Position numbers and translations under genes: made by a program
Source of the DNA: Thermodesulfobacterium commune DSM 2178
Lineage (GTDB): Bacteria > Desulfobacterota > Thermodesulfobacteria > Thermodesulfobacteriales > Thermodesulfobacteriaceae
Direction: 5' to 3'
Assembly (NCBI RefSeq): GCF_000734015.1
Contig: NZ_CP008796.1
Location: 540,001-572,000 of the forward strand
Length of the DNA stretch: 32,000 nt
Shown: one piece after another, positions 25,094-32,000 of the stretch
How positions within the stretch are numbered: the stretch's first letter is position 1
Layout of the letters: every line of letters starts with the position of its first letter
Notes under the pieces: model-generated
Database searches by the model: none
What the model was told of the DNA's origin: nothing
Seen by the model: only the letters and a program-made list of their open reading frames with translations

Positions 25094-25500
25094 TTAACAC
25101 CAGGAATGTTTTCCCATGTGTTAATCCCTATCACTGGTTTCCACATCTTTAAAGCTAAAGCTATCTCAGAAAGGGTACCGTATCCACCGGAAATGGCTAT
25201 CACCGCTTCAACCGACCTTATCAAGATTACGTTTCGTGCATGTCCCATATCACTAAGCACCAATACTTTAACATAAGGGTTGGCTTCTTCGACTTTATGC
25301 CCTGGCAGAATCCCTACTGTGGTAGCTCCAGCCTCAAAAGCCCCCTTACAAGCCGCTTCCATTACTCCGCCCAGACCACCGGTATAAACTATGGCCCCCT
25401 TTTCACCCAAGAGTTTTCCCATAGTATAGGCTATTTGATAGGTGCTCTCATCAGCAATCCCTGCCCCTACCACAGCTATCCTTCTATTCTTTAAATCCAT
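25039..25500 (-). CDS. LOG/TIGR00725-like Rossmann-fold protein (COG1611 family)
   Basis: IAVVGAG..., [21 protein letters not shown], and [19 protein letters not shown] (the GGxGTxxE motif of LOG-like proteins). 153 aa. Confidence 0.75.
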   Translation of the reverse strand: MDLKNRRIAVVGAGIADESTYQIAYTMGKLLGEKGAIVYTGGLGGVMEAACKGAFEAGATTVGILPGHKVEEANPYVKVLVLSDMGHARNVILIRSVEAVIAISGGYGTLSEIALALKMWKPVIGINTWENIPGVNYVSSPEKALAKLLEFFS

Positions 25501-26146
25501 AAGCCCCCACCAACTTTACAAATCTTACTGGTTCTAAGGTTTGGATTTTAAGTATACCATCTTTTTTAATCCCCTTTACCAAAATTTGAGAAAATTCATC
25601 TCCCACAGGGATGACAATCCTCCCCCCTTCAGCAAGTTGGTCTACCAAAGGCTGAGGGATCTGGGGAGAAGCTGCAGTAACAATTATAGCATCAAAAGGT
25701 GCAGCCTCAGGCCATCCTAAACTTCCGTCTCCAATCTTAAGAGAGATGTTCTTATATCCCAAGCTTAGGAGCACTTTTTTAGCCTTTTCAGAAAGGTCAG
25801 GATCTCTTTCTATAGTGTAAACCCACAAAGCTATCTCTGCAAGAATAGCTGTTTGGTATCCAGACCCTGTTCCTACTTCTAAAACTCTCTCTTTCCCCTT
25901 TAACTCCAAGGCCTCGGTCATTAAAGCTACGATATAAGGTTGAGAAATGGTTTGTCCCTTTCCTATGGGTAAAGGAAAGTCTCCGTAAGCCTGATCTCTT
26001 AAGGCTTCTTCAACAAAAAGATGCCTTGGCACTTTTAGCATCGCTTGAATTACCTTTTCATCTTTAATACCTCGAGCTACAATCTGAGATTTAACCATTT
26101 TCTCTCGGGCGATCCTATACAGATCCTTGTCGTAAAAACCCTGCAT
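25484..26146 (-). CDS. pcm: Protein-L-isoaspartate O-methyltransferase
   Basis: [27 protein letters not shown] motif [16 protein letters not shown], and GGRIVIPVG. Confidence 0.92.
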   Translation of the reverse strand: MQGFYDKDLYRIAREKMVKSQIVARGIKDEKVIQAMLKVPRHLFVEEALRDQAYGDFPLPIGKGQTISQPYIVALMTEALELKGKERVLEVGTGSGYQTAILAEIALWVYTIERDPDLSEKAKKVLLSLGYKNISLKIGDGSLGWPEAAPFDAIIVTAASPQIPQPLVDQLAEGGRIVIPVGDEFSQILVKGIKKDGILKIQTLEPVRFVKLVGAYGFKE

Positions 26147-26149
26147 CTG

Positions 26150-26497
26150 CTACCTCTTTTTAGGTTTTTCTACGGTGTAATAATAACAATCCACTACCTG
26201 GTCTTTGTAGATAACAATTTTAAGTATTTCGGTATAATCTTCTCCTTTATAACGATTGGCTAATGGGATGTCTTCCCAAAAATTTTTAACCCTGTAGTAA
26301 TAATACCATTCTTCTCGTCCGTCAGGAAATACAAAAATCTGCACAGGGGGGCCTAAAAACTGGGTAACTTCCATTTTGTTTGTCTGATTAGGTTTGATAA
26401 GGCTGGCTTTTGAGGCTAAATTAGGTCCGGGTTTGGTAGCACAACCCCACAAACATAAACCTAAAAATACCGTTAACAACCATAACCTAAGCTTCAT
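26150..26497 (-). CDS. Small lipoprotein, possibly SmpA/OmlA (BamE)-like
   Basis: Signal peptide MKLRLWLLTVFLGLCLWG|C with a lipobox. I prefer the ATG at 26497 (SD GGTGGA 4 nt upstream) over the 26524 start. The mature part has a BamE-like segment, KMEVTQFLGPP...EWYYY. The family call is tentative. Confidence 0.6.
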   Translation of the reverse strand: MKLRLWLLTVFLGLCLWGCATKPGPNLASKASLIKPNQTNKMEVTQFLGPPVQIFVFPDGREEWYYYYRVKNFWEDIPLANRYKGEDYTEILKIVIYKDQVVDCYYYTVEKPKKR

Positions 26498-26581
26498 CTT
26501 TCCACCTATTTCAATTTTATTCAAATATTAACATAAAATAAACCTTTTCACAACAAACTTTTGAGTTAAAATTAAACAACT

Positions 26582-27889
26582 ATGAAATATTACAAATGCG
26601 GTGGAGAGACCTTCGAGTTAACCCTTAATCCTTTTCCGTTTAAATGTAAAAGGTGTAAAGGAAATGAAGCTCTCATAGAAATCCCTTCTCAAGGCATCAA
26701 AGTTTGTCTCACATGTTTTAATCAAATCTTTGAAAACCGCCTTAAAAACACGATAAAAAGATACAGGATGTTTCGTAACGCTAAAAAGGTAGGTGTTTTT
26801 GTTTCAGGTGGAAAAGACAGTTCTGCTCTTCTTTTTAGTCTAAAAAAAGTTTTTCCTGATTTGACGTTTCAAGCTATTTATCTAAACTTAGGTATACGAT
26901 ACTATTCAGACCTTGCAGAAGAAACGGTTAGAAAGCTCTGTCAGGAAATCGAAGTTCCTTTATATGTCTATAGTCTACCTAAGGAAGAAGGCTTTTGTAT
27001 AGACCATTTTGTACATACTATGTTTAAAAATAAAATCTGCTCTGTATGCGGGGTAATAAAAAGATATCTTTTTACGAAAATAGCTAAAAATTTGAGCATA
27101 GATGTTATGGCTACAGGGCATCACCTTGACGATACGGTTTCTACCATGCTAACCTTGTTTTTCCAGGGAGATTTTGAAGGCATCGTAAGACTTGGGCCGG
27201 TTTTGCCCCCTTTATACCCTGGGCAAGCAACCAAGGTTAAACCTTTCTATCATACCCCAGAAAAAGAGATTTTTTACTATACTGCCCTCAATAAGATACC
27301 TGTAGAAACTTGCACCTGCCCTCATGGAGAAATTACCCCAAGCAAAAAAAATAAAAAAATCATAGAAGAATGGGAAAAAGAAAATAAACAGTTTAAATAT
27401 CAGCTTCTTTCTGTGTTCTTAAAAAAACTCATACCTCTTTTAAAAACTCATCCTGATTACAAATTTTCTCCTTCTGAATTTAAAAGTTGTGTTAAATGTG
27501 GAGAAATTACCAGTTCTTCTGACGAGATATGTAGTCGCTGTAAAAGGGTTTCTTTGATAGAAAAGTTAGAAGACAAAAAGTTAGAATTAACCCCAGAGAA
27601 GTTTAAAGAGTTTATCGAAAATCATCCTAAAGATGATTGGATGGTTTTTGACCTCAGAGAAAAAGAGGATTTTGAAAAAGGAGGTTTTGACGGGGCGTTA
27701 TGGATTAATCCTGAGATAGTGCAAGCTTCTTATCGAAAACTGTCTAAACTTTTCAAACCTTACAGAAATAAAACCTTATTTTTTTATTGCTATACCGGAA
27801 GACTAAGTTATCTTCTCACCTTAAAGCTTAGAAAATTAGGGTTTAAAGCTTTCAACATAAGTTCTCCAGAGAGGTTGCTAACAGGTTAA
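26582..27889 (+). CDS. TtuA/NcsA-type tRNA 2-thiolation PP-loop ATPase fused to a C-terminal rhodanese domain
   Basis: N-terminal Zn finger (CKRC...CLTC), PP-loop FVSGGKDSS, Fe-S ligand candidates CSVCG and CTCPHG, C-terminal Zn finger CVKCG...CSRC. A rhodanese domain follows (~27584-27889) with active-site loop CYTGRLS. Confidence 0.8.
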   Translation: MKYYKCGGETFELTLNPFPFKCKRCKGNEALIEIPSQGIKVCLTCFNQIFENRLKNTIKRYRMFRNAKKVGVFVSGGKDSSALLFSLKKVFPDLTFQAIYLNLGIRYYSDLAEETVRKLCQEIEVPLYVYSLPKEEGFCIDHFVHTMFKNKICSVCGVIKRYLFTKIAKNLSIDVMATGHHLDDTVSTMLTLFFQGDFEGIVRLGPVLPPLYPGQATKVKPFYHTPEKEIFYYTALNKIPVETCTCPHGEITPSKKNKKIIEEWEKENKQFKYQLLSVFLKKLIPLLKTHPDYKFSPSEFKSCVKCGEITSSSDEICSRCKRVSLIEKLEDKKLELTPEKFKEFIENHPKDDWMVFDLREKEDFEKGGFDGALWINPEIVQASYRKLSKLFKPYRNKTLFFYCYTGRLSYLLTLKLRKLGFKAFNISSPERLLTG

Positions 27890-27904
27890 AAAAATTATAA
27901 ACAT

Positions 27905-27920
27905 CCTTTTACTAAAAAGG
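27905..27920. terminator. Weak bidirectional hairpin between convergent genes
   Basis: cctttt / acta / aaaagg, a 6-bp stem, in the 46-bp gap between the two convergent stops. The stem is AT-rich, so the call is tentative. Confidence 0.25.
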
Positions 27921-27935
27921 TGATTAAAACCCTAA

Positions 27936-28637
27936 CTAAGGTTCAAACTCTACCATAAACTTTCTGTATTTTAAAGGGACGTTTCTTTTCTGGACTGTCA
28001 AGTTTTCTCTTTCCTTAATAGCAAGGGTTTCAAAGTAATTTTTCCAGAGGTTCGAAAAAAATGTCTCCTCCTCTGTTTCTTGAGGTATAGGTTTTATAAT
28101 CTCTGCTTGGATCATATGTCCTTTATGACAAAAGACAGCCAGCCCTCTTTTACGGTCGTGCAAGATAATTTTTTCGTTTCTAAATCGGTTGGCAAAATGT
28201 CTGGCCAAAGGTATGATCACGTTAAATTCCGACTCAAAGACGGCATAGAGATAACCACCTTTCACCTCTTTAAACCTCAAAAAGCCTTTATATCGATGAA
28301 TTTCTCTTCTTACCCTGTTAGCTGTTTTATATATATGGAAAAAAGCGGGATCAGAAAAAATTAATCTTTTTTTCCCTGCACTAACAAGAGAGACAATTTG
28401 TTTTAAATCTTCAAAGAATATATCTTTTTCAGAAAGGCTGTAATAGTATAAAACCTTAAGCACATCTTTATCAAGATTTGCTAAAAGCTTGGCTAAACTT
28501 GAAATCTCCTGTTTAAAAAGGCTATCTTGCCTTAACTTAGACTGTTTTTTTAGGTTTTGGTCAAACCTACACACAAGCTCTTGTAACCAACTGTGGTTTT
28601 CTTTTCTCAAGCTAAAAACCTCAAAAGAAAAGTTCAA
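27936..28637 (-). CDS. DUF4130/TIGR03915-like 'probable DNA metabolism protein', partner of the radical SAM protein
   Basis: 233 aa. Overlaps the upstream radical-SAM gene by 17 nt. Assigned from memory of the family and the obligate pairing. No uracil-DNA-glycosylase-like extension is present. Confidence 0.6.
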   Translation of the reverse strand: MNFSFEVFSLRKENHSWLQELVCRFDQNLKKQSKLRQDSLFKQEISSLAKLLANLDKDVLKVLYYYSLSEKDIFFEDLKQIVSLVSAGKKRLIFSDPAFFHIYKTANRVRREIHRYKGFLRFKEVKGGYLYAVFESEFNVIIPLARHFANRFRNEKIILHDRKRGLAVFCHKGHMIQAEIIKPIPQETEEETFFSNLWKNYFETLAIKERENLTVQKRNVPLKYRKFMVEFEP

Positions 28638-29862
28638 GCTGAGTCATCTTAGGTTGAGGTTTAAAGACAAAACTCTGAAGAAAATCTACCTTAGCCTTTT
28701 GGTCTATCATTTTGCCGTTGATTGTTATAAAATATTTAGCCCTTTTTATTACCACGCCAAGTTTTTTTAAACTTTCTGGACTAAGGGAGGTATGTTTACG
28801 GTAATTAAGGATCCTTTTGGCAGAGGTTGGTCCTATACCTGGGACTCGAAGGAGTTCGTGGTAAGAGGCCTTCATGATATCTATCGGGAAATAATGTAAG
28901 TTTCTTAAAGCCCAGGCTAATTTTGGGTCCAACCCTTCTTCAAGATTTGGTCTTTCAGGCGAGAGAAGTTCGTCAACGGTAAAACCATAAAACCTTATTA
29001 ACCAGTCAGCCTGATAGAGTCTATGCTCTCTAAGAAGTGGAGGGTGCGAGACAGCAGGAAGACGACCATCTTGATTAACCGGAATATAGGCAGAATAGTA
29101 GACCCTTTTCAACTTATATTTTTTATACAGCTGTTGACTTAAGGTGAGGATGATAAGGTCTGGTTCTGGAGAAGCGCCCACAATAAGTTGAGTGCTTTGA
29201 CCACCTTTTGCATTATAACCAGAGGGATTCTCTCTAAACTCATCAATTTTTTTAGATATTAATTCAATAATTGACAATAACTCTTTCATGTTTTTTTCAG
29301 GAGCAAGTTTAACCAAAGATTGAGGAGTAGGTAGCTCTAGGTTAACACTAACTCTATCTGCCCATCGGATTGCCTCAACGATCGTTGCCTCCGAAGCTCC
29401 TGGTAAAATCTTAAGGTGAATATACCCATCAAAACCATATTTACGGCGCAATATTTTAACGGTGTCTATCATTTTTTCTAAAGTATAGTCTGCACTTCTT
29501 ATGATGCCAGAGCTTAAAAATAGACCTTCGATATAGTTTCGGCGATAAAATTGATAGGTGATATAAGCAAGTTCCTCAGGCAATAAAAACGTCCTTGGGT
29601 GATCGTTAGACCTTTTGTTAACACAGTACGCACAATCGTTATGGCACTGGTTGGTTAGAAGTACTTTAAGTAGACTTATACAACGTCCGTCTGAGGTAAA
29701 GGTATGACAGATGCCAAACCTTGAGGCATTCCCTACGAATGAAGCTTTGTTGTTTCTTGTAACCCCACTTGAGGCACAGGAAACATCAAATTTGGCTCCT
29801 TGAGCAAGAAGTTCAAGACGCTCCCATACTTCTTTTTTTTTCTTAACCAAAGGTCCCATCAT
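28621..29862 (-). CDS. Radical SAM protein with C-terminal helix-hairpin-helix; putative DNA modification/repair enzyme (TIGR03916-like)
   Basis: Radical SAM cluster motif CHNDCAYC (CxxxCxxC). HhH motif LLRVPGIGPTSAKRIL near the C-terminus. 413 aa. Confidence 0.8.
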   Translation of the reverse strand: MMGPLVKKKKEVWERLELLAQGAKFDVSCASSGVTRNNKASFVGNASRFGICHTFTSDGRCISLLKVLLTNQCHNDCAYCVNKRSNDHPRTFLLPEELAYITYQFYRRNYIEGLFLSSGIIRSADYTLEKMIDTVKILRRKYGFDGYIHLKILPGASEATIVEAIRWADRVSVNLELPTPQSLVKLAPEKNMKELLSIIELISKKIDEFRENPSGYNAKGGQSTQLIVGASPEPDLIILTLSQQLYKKYKLKRVYYSAYIPVNQDGRLPAVSHPPLLREHRLYQADWLIRFYGFTVDELLSPERPNLEEGLDPKLAWALRNLHYFPIDIMKASYHELLRVPGIGPTSAKRILNYRKHTSLSPESLKKLGVVIKRAKYFITINGKMIDQKAKVDFLQSFVFKPQPKMTQLELFF

Positions 29863-29960
29863 TTAAATTATTTTGTCCTAATTTTTATTCTTGACAAGAC
29901 CCCGTGTTGAAACATTAAATTTTTTGGGAATTTGATTGTATGATTTAAGCTCAGTTTGTT

Positions 29961-29989
29961 TTGACTGATTTTAAAAGTTATATTATAAT
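29961..29989 (+). promoter_or_regulatory. Near-consensus sigma70 promoter for the PhoU-DUF47 gene
   Basis: TTGACT (29961-29966), an exactly 17-nt spacer, then TATAAT (29984-29989). The ATG at 30023 is preceded by SD gaaggggga. Confidence 0.6.
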
Positions 29990-30022
29990 AATTAAAGACT
30001 ATTTTATGCTGAAGGGGGATTC

Positions 30023-31366
30023 ATGACAAGGATAGCTCTTGGCAAAGAGTTACAAATTTTAAAAAACCTAATAACTGATATGGCAAAAAATGTAGATGAA
30101 ATGGTAAATGGTACTATTTTAGCTTTAAATAAATTAGACCCTACGTTAGCAGAAAGGGTAATTAAGGCAGATGACCAGATAGATTATTATGAACATATGG
30201 TATGCCAAACAGCTCTTGAGATCATAGCTTTACAACAGCCAGTAGCCAAAGACTTGCGATTTGTTATTACTGCTATAGACATAGCTAAAAACTTAGAAAG
30301 GACTGCAGATCAATCGGTTAACATAGCCTACAGCGCCAAAACTTTATCCAAACAAGAAAACAAAGCTTTTCCTGAATGTAAAGTGGCTATAGAGGAGATG
30401 GCAAATGAAGCCTTAACGATGCTCCATTCAGCGATCAATGCCTTTGTCACTGAAAACACTCAGAGAGCAAGGTCTGTAATAGAATATGATTCCATAGTAG
30501 ACCGTTTACAGCAAGATTTGATCGAAGATGTTAAAAACTGCATGAAAAAAAACCCGCAAAATATAGACCAAGGTGTGGAGTACATCAAGGTAATAGAAAA
30601 TATAGAAAGGATAGCTGATTTAGCAACTAACATAGCAGAAGGAGTAATATTCGTTGCTGAAGGGAGAATAGTAAAACTTGAAGAGGAAAGTGTTTCTCTA
30701 ATAACTCTTAAAAAAGAAATTTTAAAAGATCTCCCGGTGTTTGAACTTTTAAGAAGACATGCTCGGTTAGTTATAGAATGCGTTGAAAGACTTTCTCTTT
30801 CCTTAGAGGCTTATTTTCACCGCAATCAGCAAAGACTTGAAGAAACAGCTCAACATATTTTTGAAATAGAAAAAGAAGCTGATAAGCTTAAAAGGAACAT
30901 CAGAGGACACCTCCCCAAGGGAATTATATTGCCTGTAGAGAGATTTGAGCTTTTTCTATATTTAAAAGAACAGGACGCTATTGCTGATGTAGCTGAGGAG
31001 ATATTAAACTGGCTTTCTTTTAAACATATTCCCTTATCTTTTGAGCTTTTTAAGCAAATAGAAGAATTACTTAACCAAAGTATTAAGCCTCTTGAGTTTT
31101 TAGAAGATATGATTTTATATTCAGCAGATTTTATTTTAACCAAAAATGAAGAAAGTAGAAATCGAGCCAAAGAGTTGATTAGAGAAATCAGATATGCCCA
31201 ATACCTATCTGAGGAATACGGAAATAAGGTTAAAAAAGCTATTTTCAATCAGATAGAAGACCCTTTAAATCTTTTCTATTTCTTAAAACTCGTAGATTTG
31301 ATTTTAGGAATCTCGCATCATGCTGAAAACACAGCAGACCTTATGAGGGCAATGATAGCCAAATAA
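30023..31366 (+). CDS. PhoU domain protein fused to a DUF47 (PhoU_div/YkaA-like) domain
   Basis: The N-terminal ~215 aa are PhoU-like: ADDQIDYYEHMV...QQPVAKDLRFVITAIDIAKNLERTADQSVNIA, with a second repeat ...IKVIENIERIADLATNIAEG. The C-terminal ~220 aa are DUF47-like: IFEIEKEADKLKRNIRGHL...PVERFELFLYLKEQDAIADVAEE...HHAENTADLM. Confidence 0.75.
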   Translation: MTRIALGKELQILKNLITDMAKNVDEMVNGTILALNKLDPTLAERVIKADDQIDYYEHMVCQTALEIIALQQPVAKDLRFVITAIDIAKNLERTADQSVNIAYSAKTLSKQENKAFPECKVAIEEMANEALTMLHSAINAFVTENTQRARSVIEYDSIVDRLQQDLIEDVKNCMKKNPQNIDQGVEYIKVIENIERIADLATNIAEGVIFVAEGRIVKLEEESVSLITLKKEILKDLPVFELLRRHARLVIECVERLSLSLEAYFHRNQQRLEETAQHIFEIEKEADKLKRNIRGHLPKGIILPVERFELFLYLKEQDAIADVAEEILNWLSFKHIPLSFELFKQIEELLNQSIKPLEFLEDMILYSADFILTKNEESRNRAKELIREIRYAQYLSEEYGNKVKKAIFNQIEDPLNLFYFLKLVDLILGISHHAENTADLMRAMIAK

Positions 31367-31381
31367 AAAGGTACACAAACC

Positions 31382-31993
31382 TTATTTTATCAATCGCCCT
31401 AATCTGTCTAACCTTATTTTAAAATGCTCCGAATCCCAAGAAAAGTATATGATTAAAGCTCTACCCTTTAGATATTCTATCGGAACAAACCCCCAGAAAC
31501 GACTATCATAACTTTGATCCCTGTTATCTCCTAATACAAAAATTTTCCCTGGCGGAACTTTTATTGGTCCTAAGTTGTCCCGAGGGCTAACCTCCCGAGG
31601 ATAGACCTCAGGGTCGGTAAACTGAACATAAGGTTCATAAAGCAATTGCCCGTTAACATAAACTTTTTTATTTACTATCTGCACTGTATCCCCAGGAAGC
31701 CCTATAACTCTCTTTATAAAATCTAACTTTTTATCAAGAGGATAGGTAAAAACTACTACCTCTTGTCTTTTGGGTAACTCTCTAAAATACAAAAACCCAT
31801 CTTTAATAGGATGTTTTATTCCAAAAGAAAGTTTGTTTACCAAAAGGTAATCTCCTATTAAAAGGGTTGGGACCATCGACCCTGAAGGGATTTTATAAGC
31901 CTGAACCACAAAAGTCCTGATAAAGAGGGCTAAGATCAAAGCTATAACTAAACTTTTTATCCAGTCTAAAACTTTGTTTTTGCTGGTATCCAT
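31382..31993 (-). CDS. lepB: Signal peptidase I
   Basis: N-terminal TM, catalytic Ser box IPSGSMVPTL, Lys box FIKRVIGLPGD, and GDNRDQSYDSRFWGFVP. Confidence 0.92.
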   Translation of the reverse strand: MDTSKNKVLDWIKSLVIALILALFIRTFVVQAYKIPSGSMVPTLLIGDYLLVNKLSFGIKHPIKDGFLYFRELPKRQEVVVFTYPLDKKLDFIKRVIGLPGDTVQIVNKKVYVNGQLLYEPYVQFTDPEVYPREVSPRDNLGPIKVPPGKIFVLGDNRDQSYDSRFWGFVPIEYLKGRALIIYFSWDSEHFKIRLDRLGRLIK

Positions 31994-32000
31994 TTAGACC

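Noticed and set aside
29863-29960. Looked for a LexA/SOS box or other operator upstream of the radical-SAM operon
   Set aside because: I found only a short tcttg-a-caaga inverted repeat overlapping a TTGACA-like hexamer. There is no CTGT-N8-ACAG or GAAC-N4-GTTC type motif, so the evidence is too weak to call a regulatory site.
1866-31248. Remaining nested or antisense ORFs from the track (1866-2096, 2175-2366, 7025-7207, 9336-9680, 10160-10387, 11570-11824, 14663-14848, 16492-16707, 18436-18687, 20094-20426, 22002-22205, 25240-25494, 26045-26263, 28080-28364, 28489-28770, 30850-31248)
   Set aside because: Each lies entirely inside, or in an alternative frame of, a longer ORF with clear family motifs. 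None has an SD sequence or a recognisable domain.
1-32000. Search for CRISPR arrays, long tandem repeats, and large direct or inverted repeats flanking the IS relic or other modules
   Set aside because: I saw no regularly spaced direct repeats and no terminal inverted repeats around 18940-19975, which is expected for IS110. A by-eye scan cannot exclude short or diverged repeats; a dot-plot would settle it.

Overview
Densely coding, AT-rich bacterial chromosomal window, roughly one-third G+C judged by eye. I call 31 protein-coding genes, 3 tRNAs and one decayed IS110-family insertion sequence. I saw no CRISPR array or rRNA. The gene content points to a thermophilic diderm: LPS heptose epimerase HldD, Lnt, a BamE-like lipoprotein, a thermophile-type KaiC-domain module and a TtuA-type tRNA thiolase. 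A Thermodesulfobacteriota- or Aquificota-like origin is inference only. Housekeeping genes: sufC-sufB(D), hisC, lctP-hldD-corC-lnt, ubiX, rnhA, an EamA transporter, rluB-like, pcm and lepB. A minus-strand chemotaxis cluster reads cheA(-cheV-like fusion)-cheW | IS110 relic | cheX-mcp. Candidates for undescribed biology, most interesting first: (1) a single-domain KaiC-like ATPase translationally linked to an HTH partner (9023-10593); (2) an uncharacterised radical-SAM/HhH protein coupled to a DUF4130-like protein, a putative DNA modification or repair pair (27936-29862); (3) a TtuA-like tRNA 2-thiolase fused to a rhodanese domain; (4) an ACT-ACT-metallo-beta-lactamase protein abutting a nucleotidyltransferase-kinase fusion; (5) a PhoU-DUF47 fusion; (6) a hemerythrin-GGDEF(degenerate)-EAL sensor. 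Two C-rich compositional patches stand out from the AT-rich background: the 3' half of the MCP gene and the 5' half of the IS relic. All family assignments come from motif recognition by eye and need HMM or BLAST confirmation.
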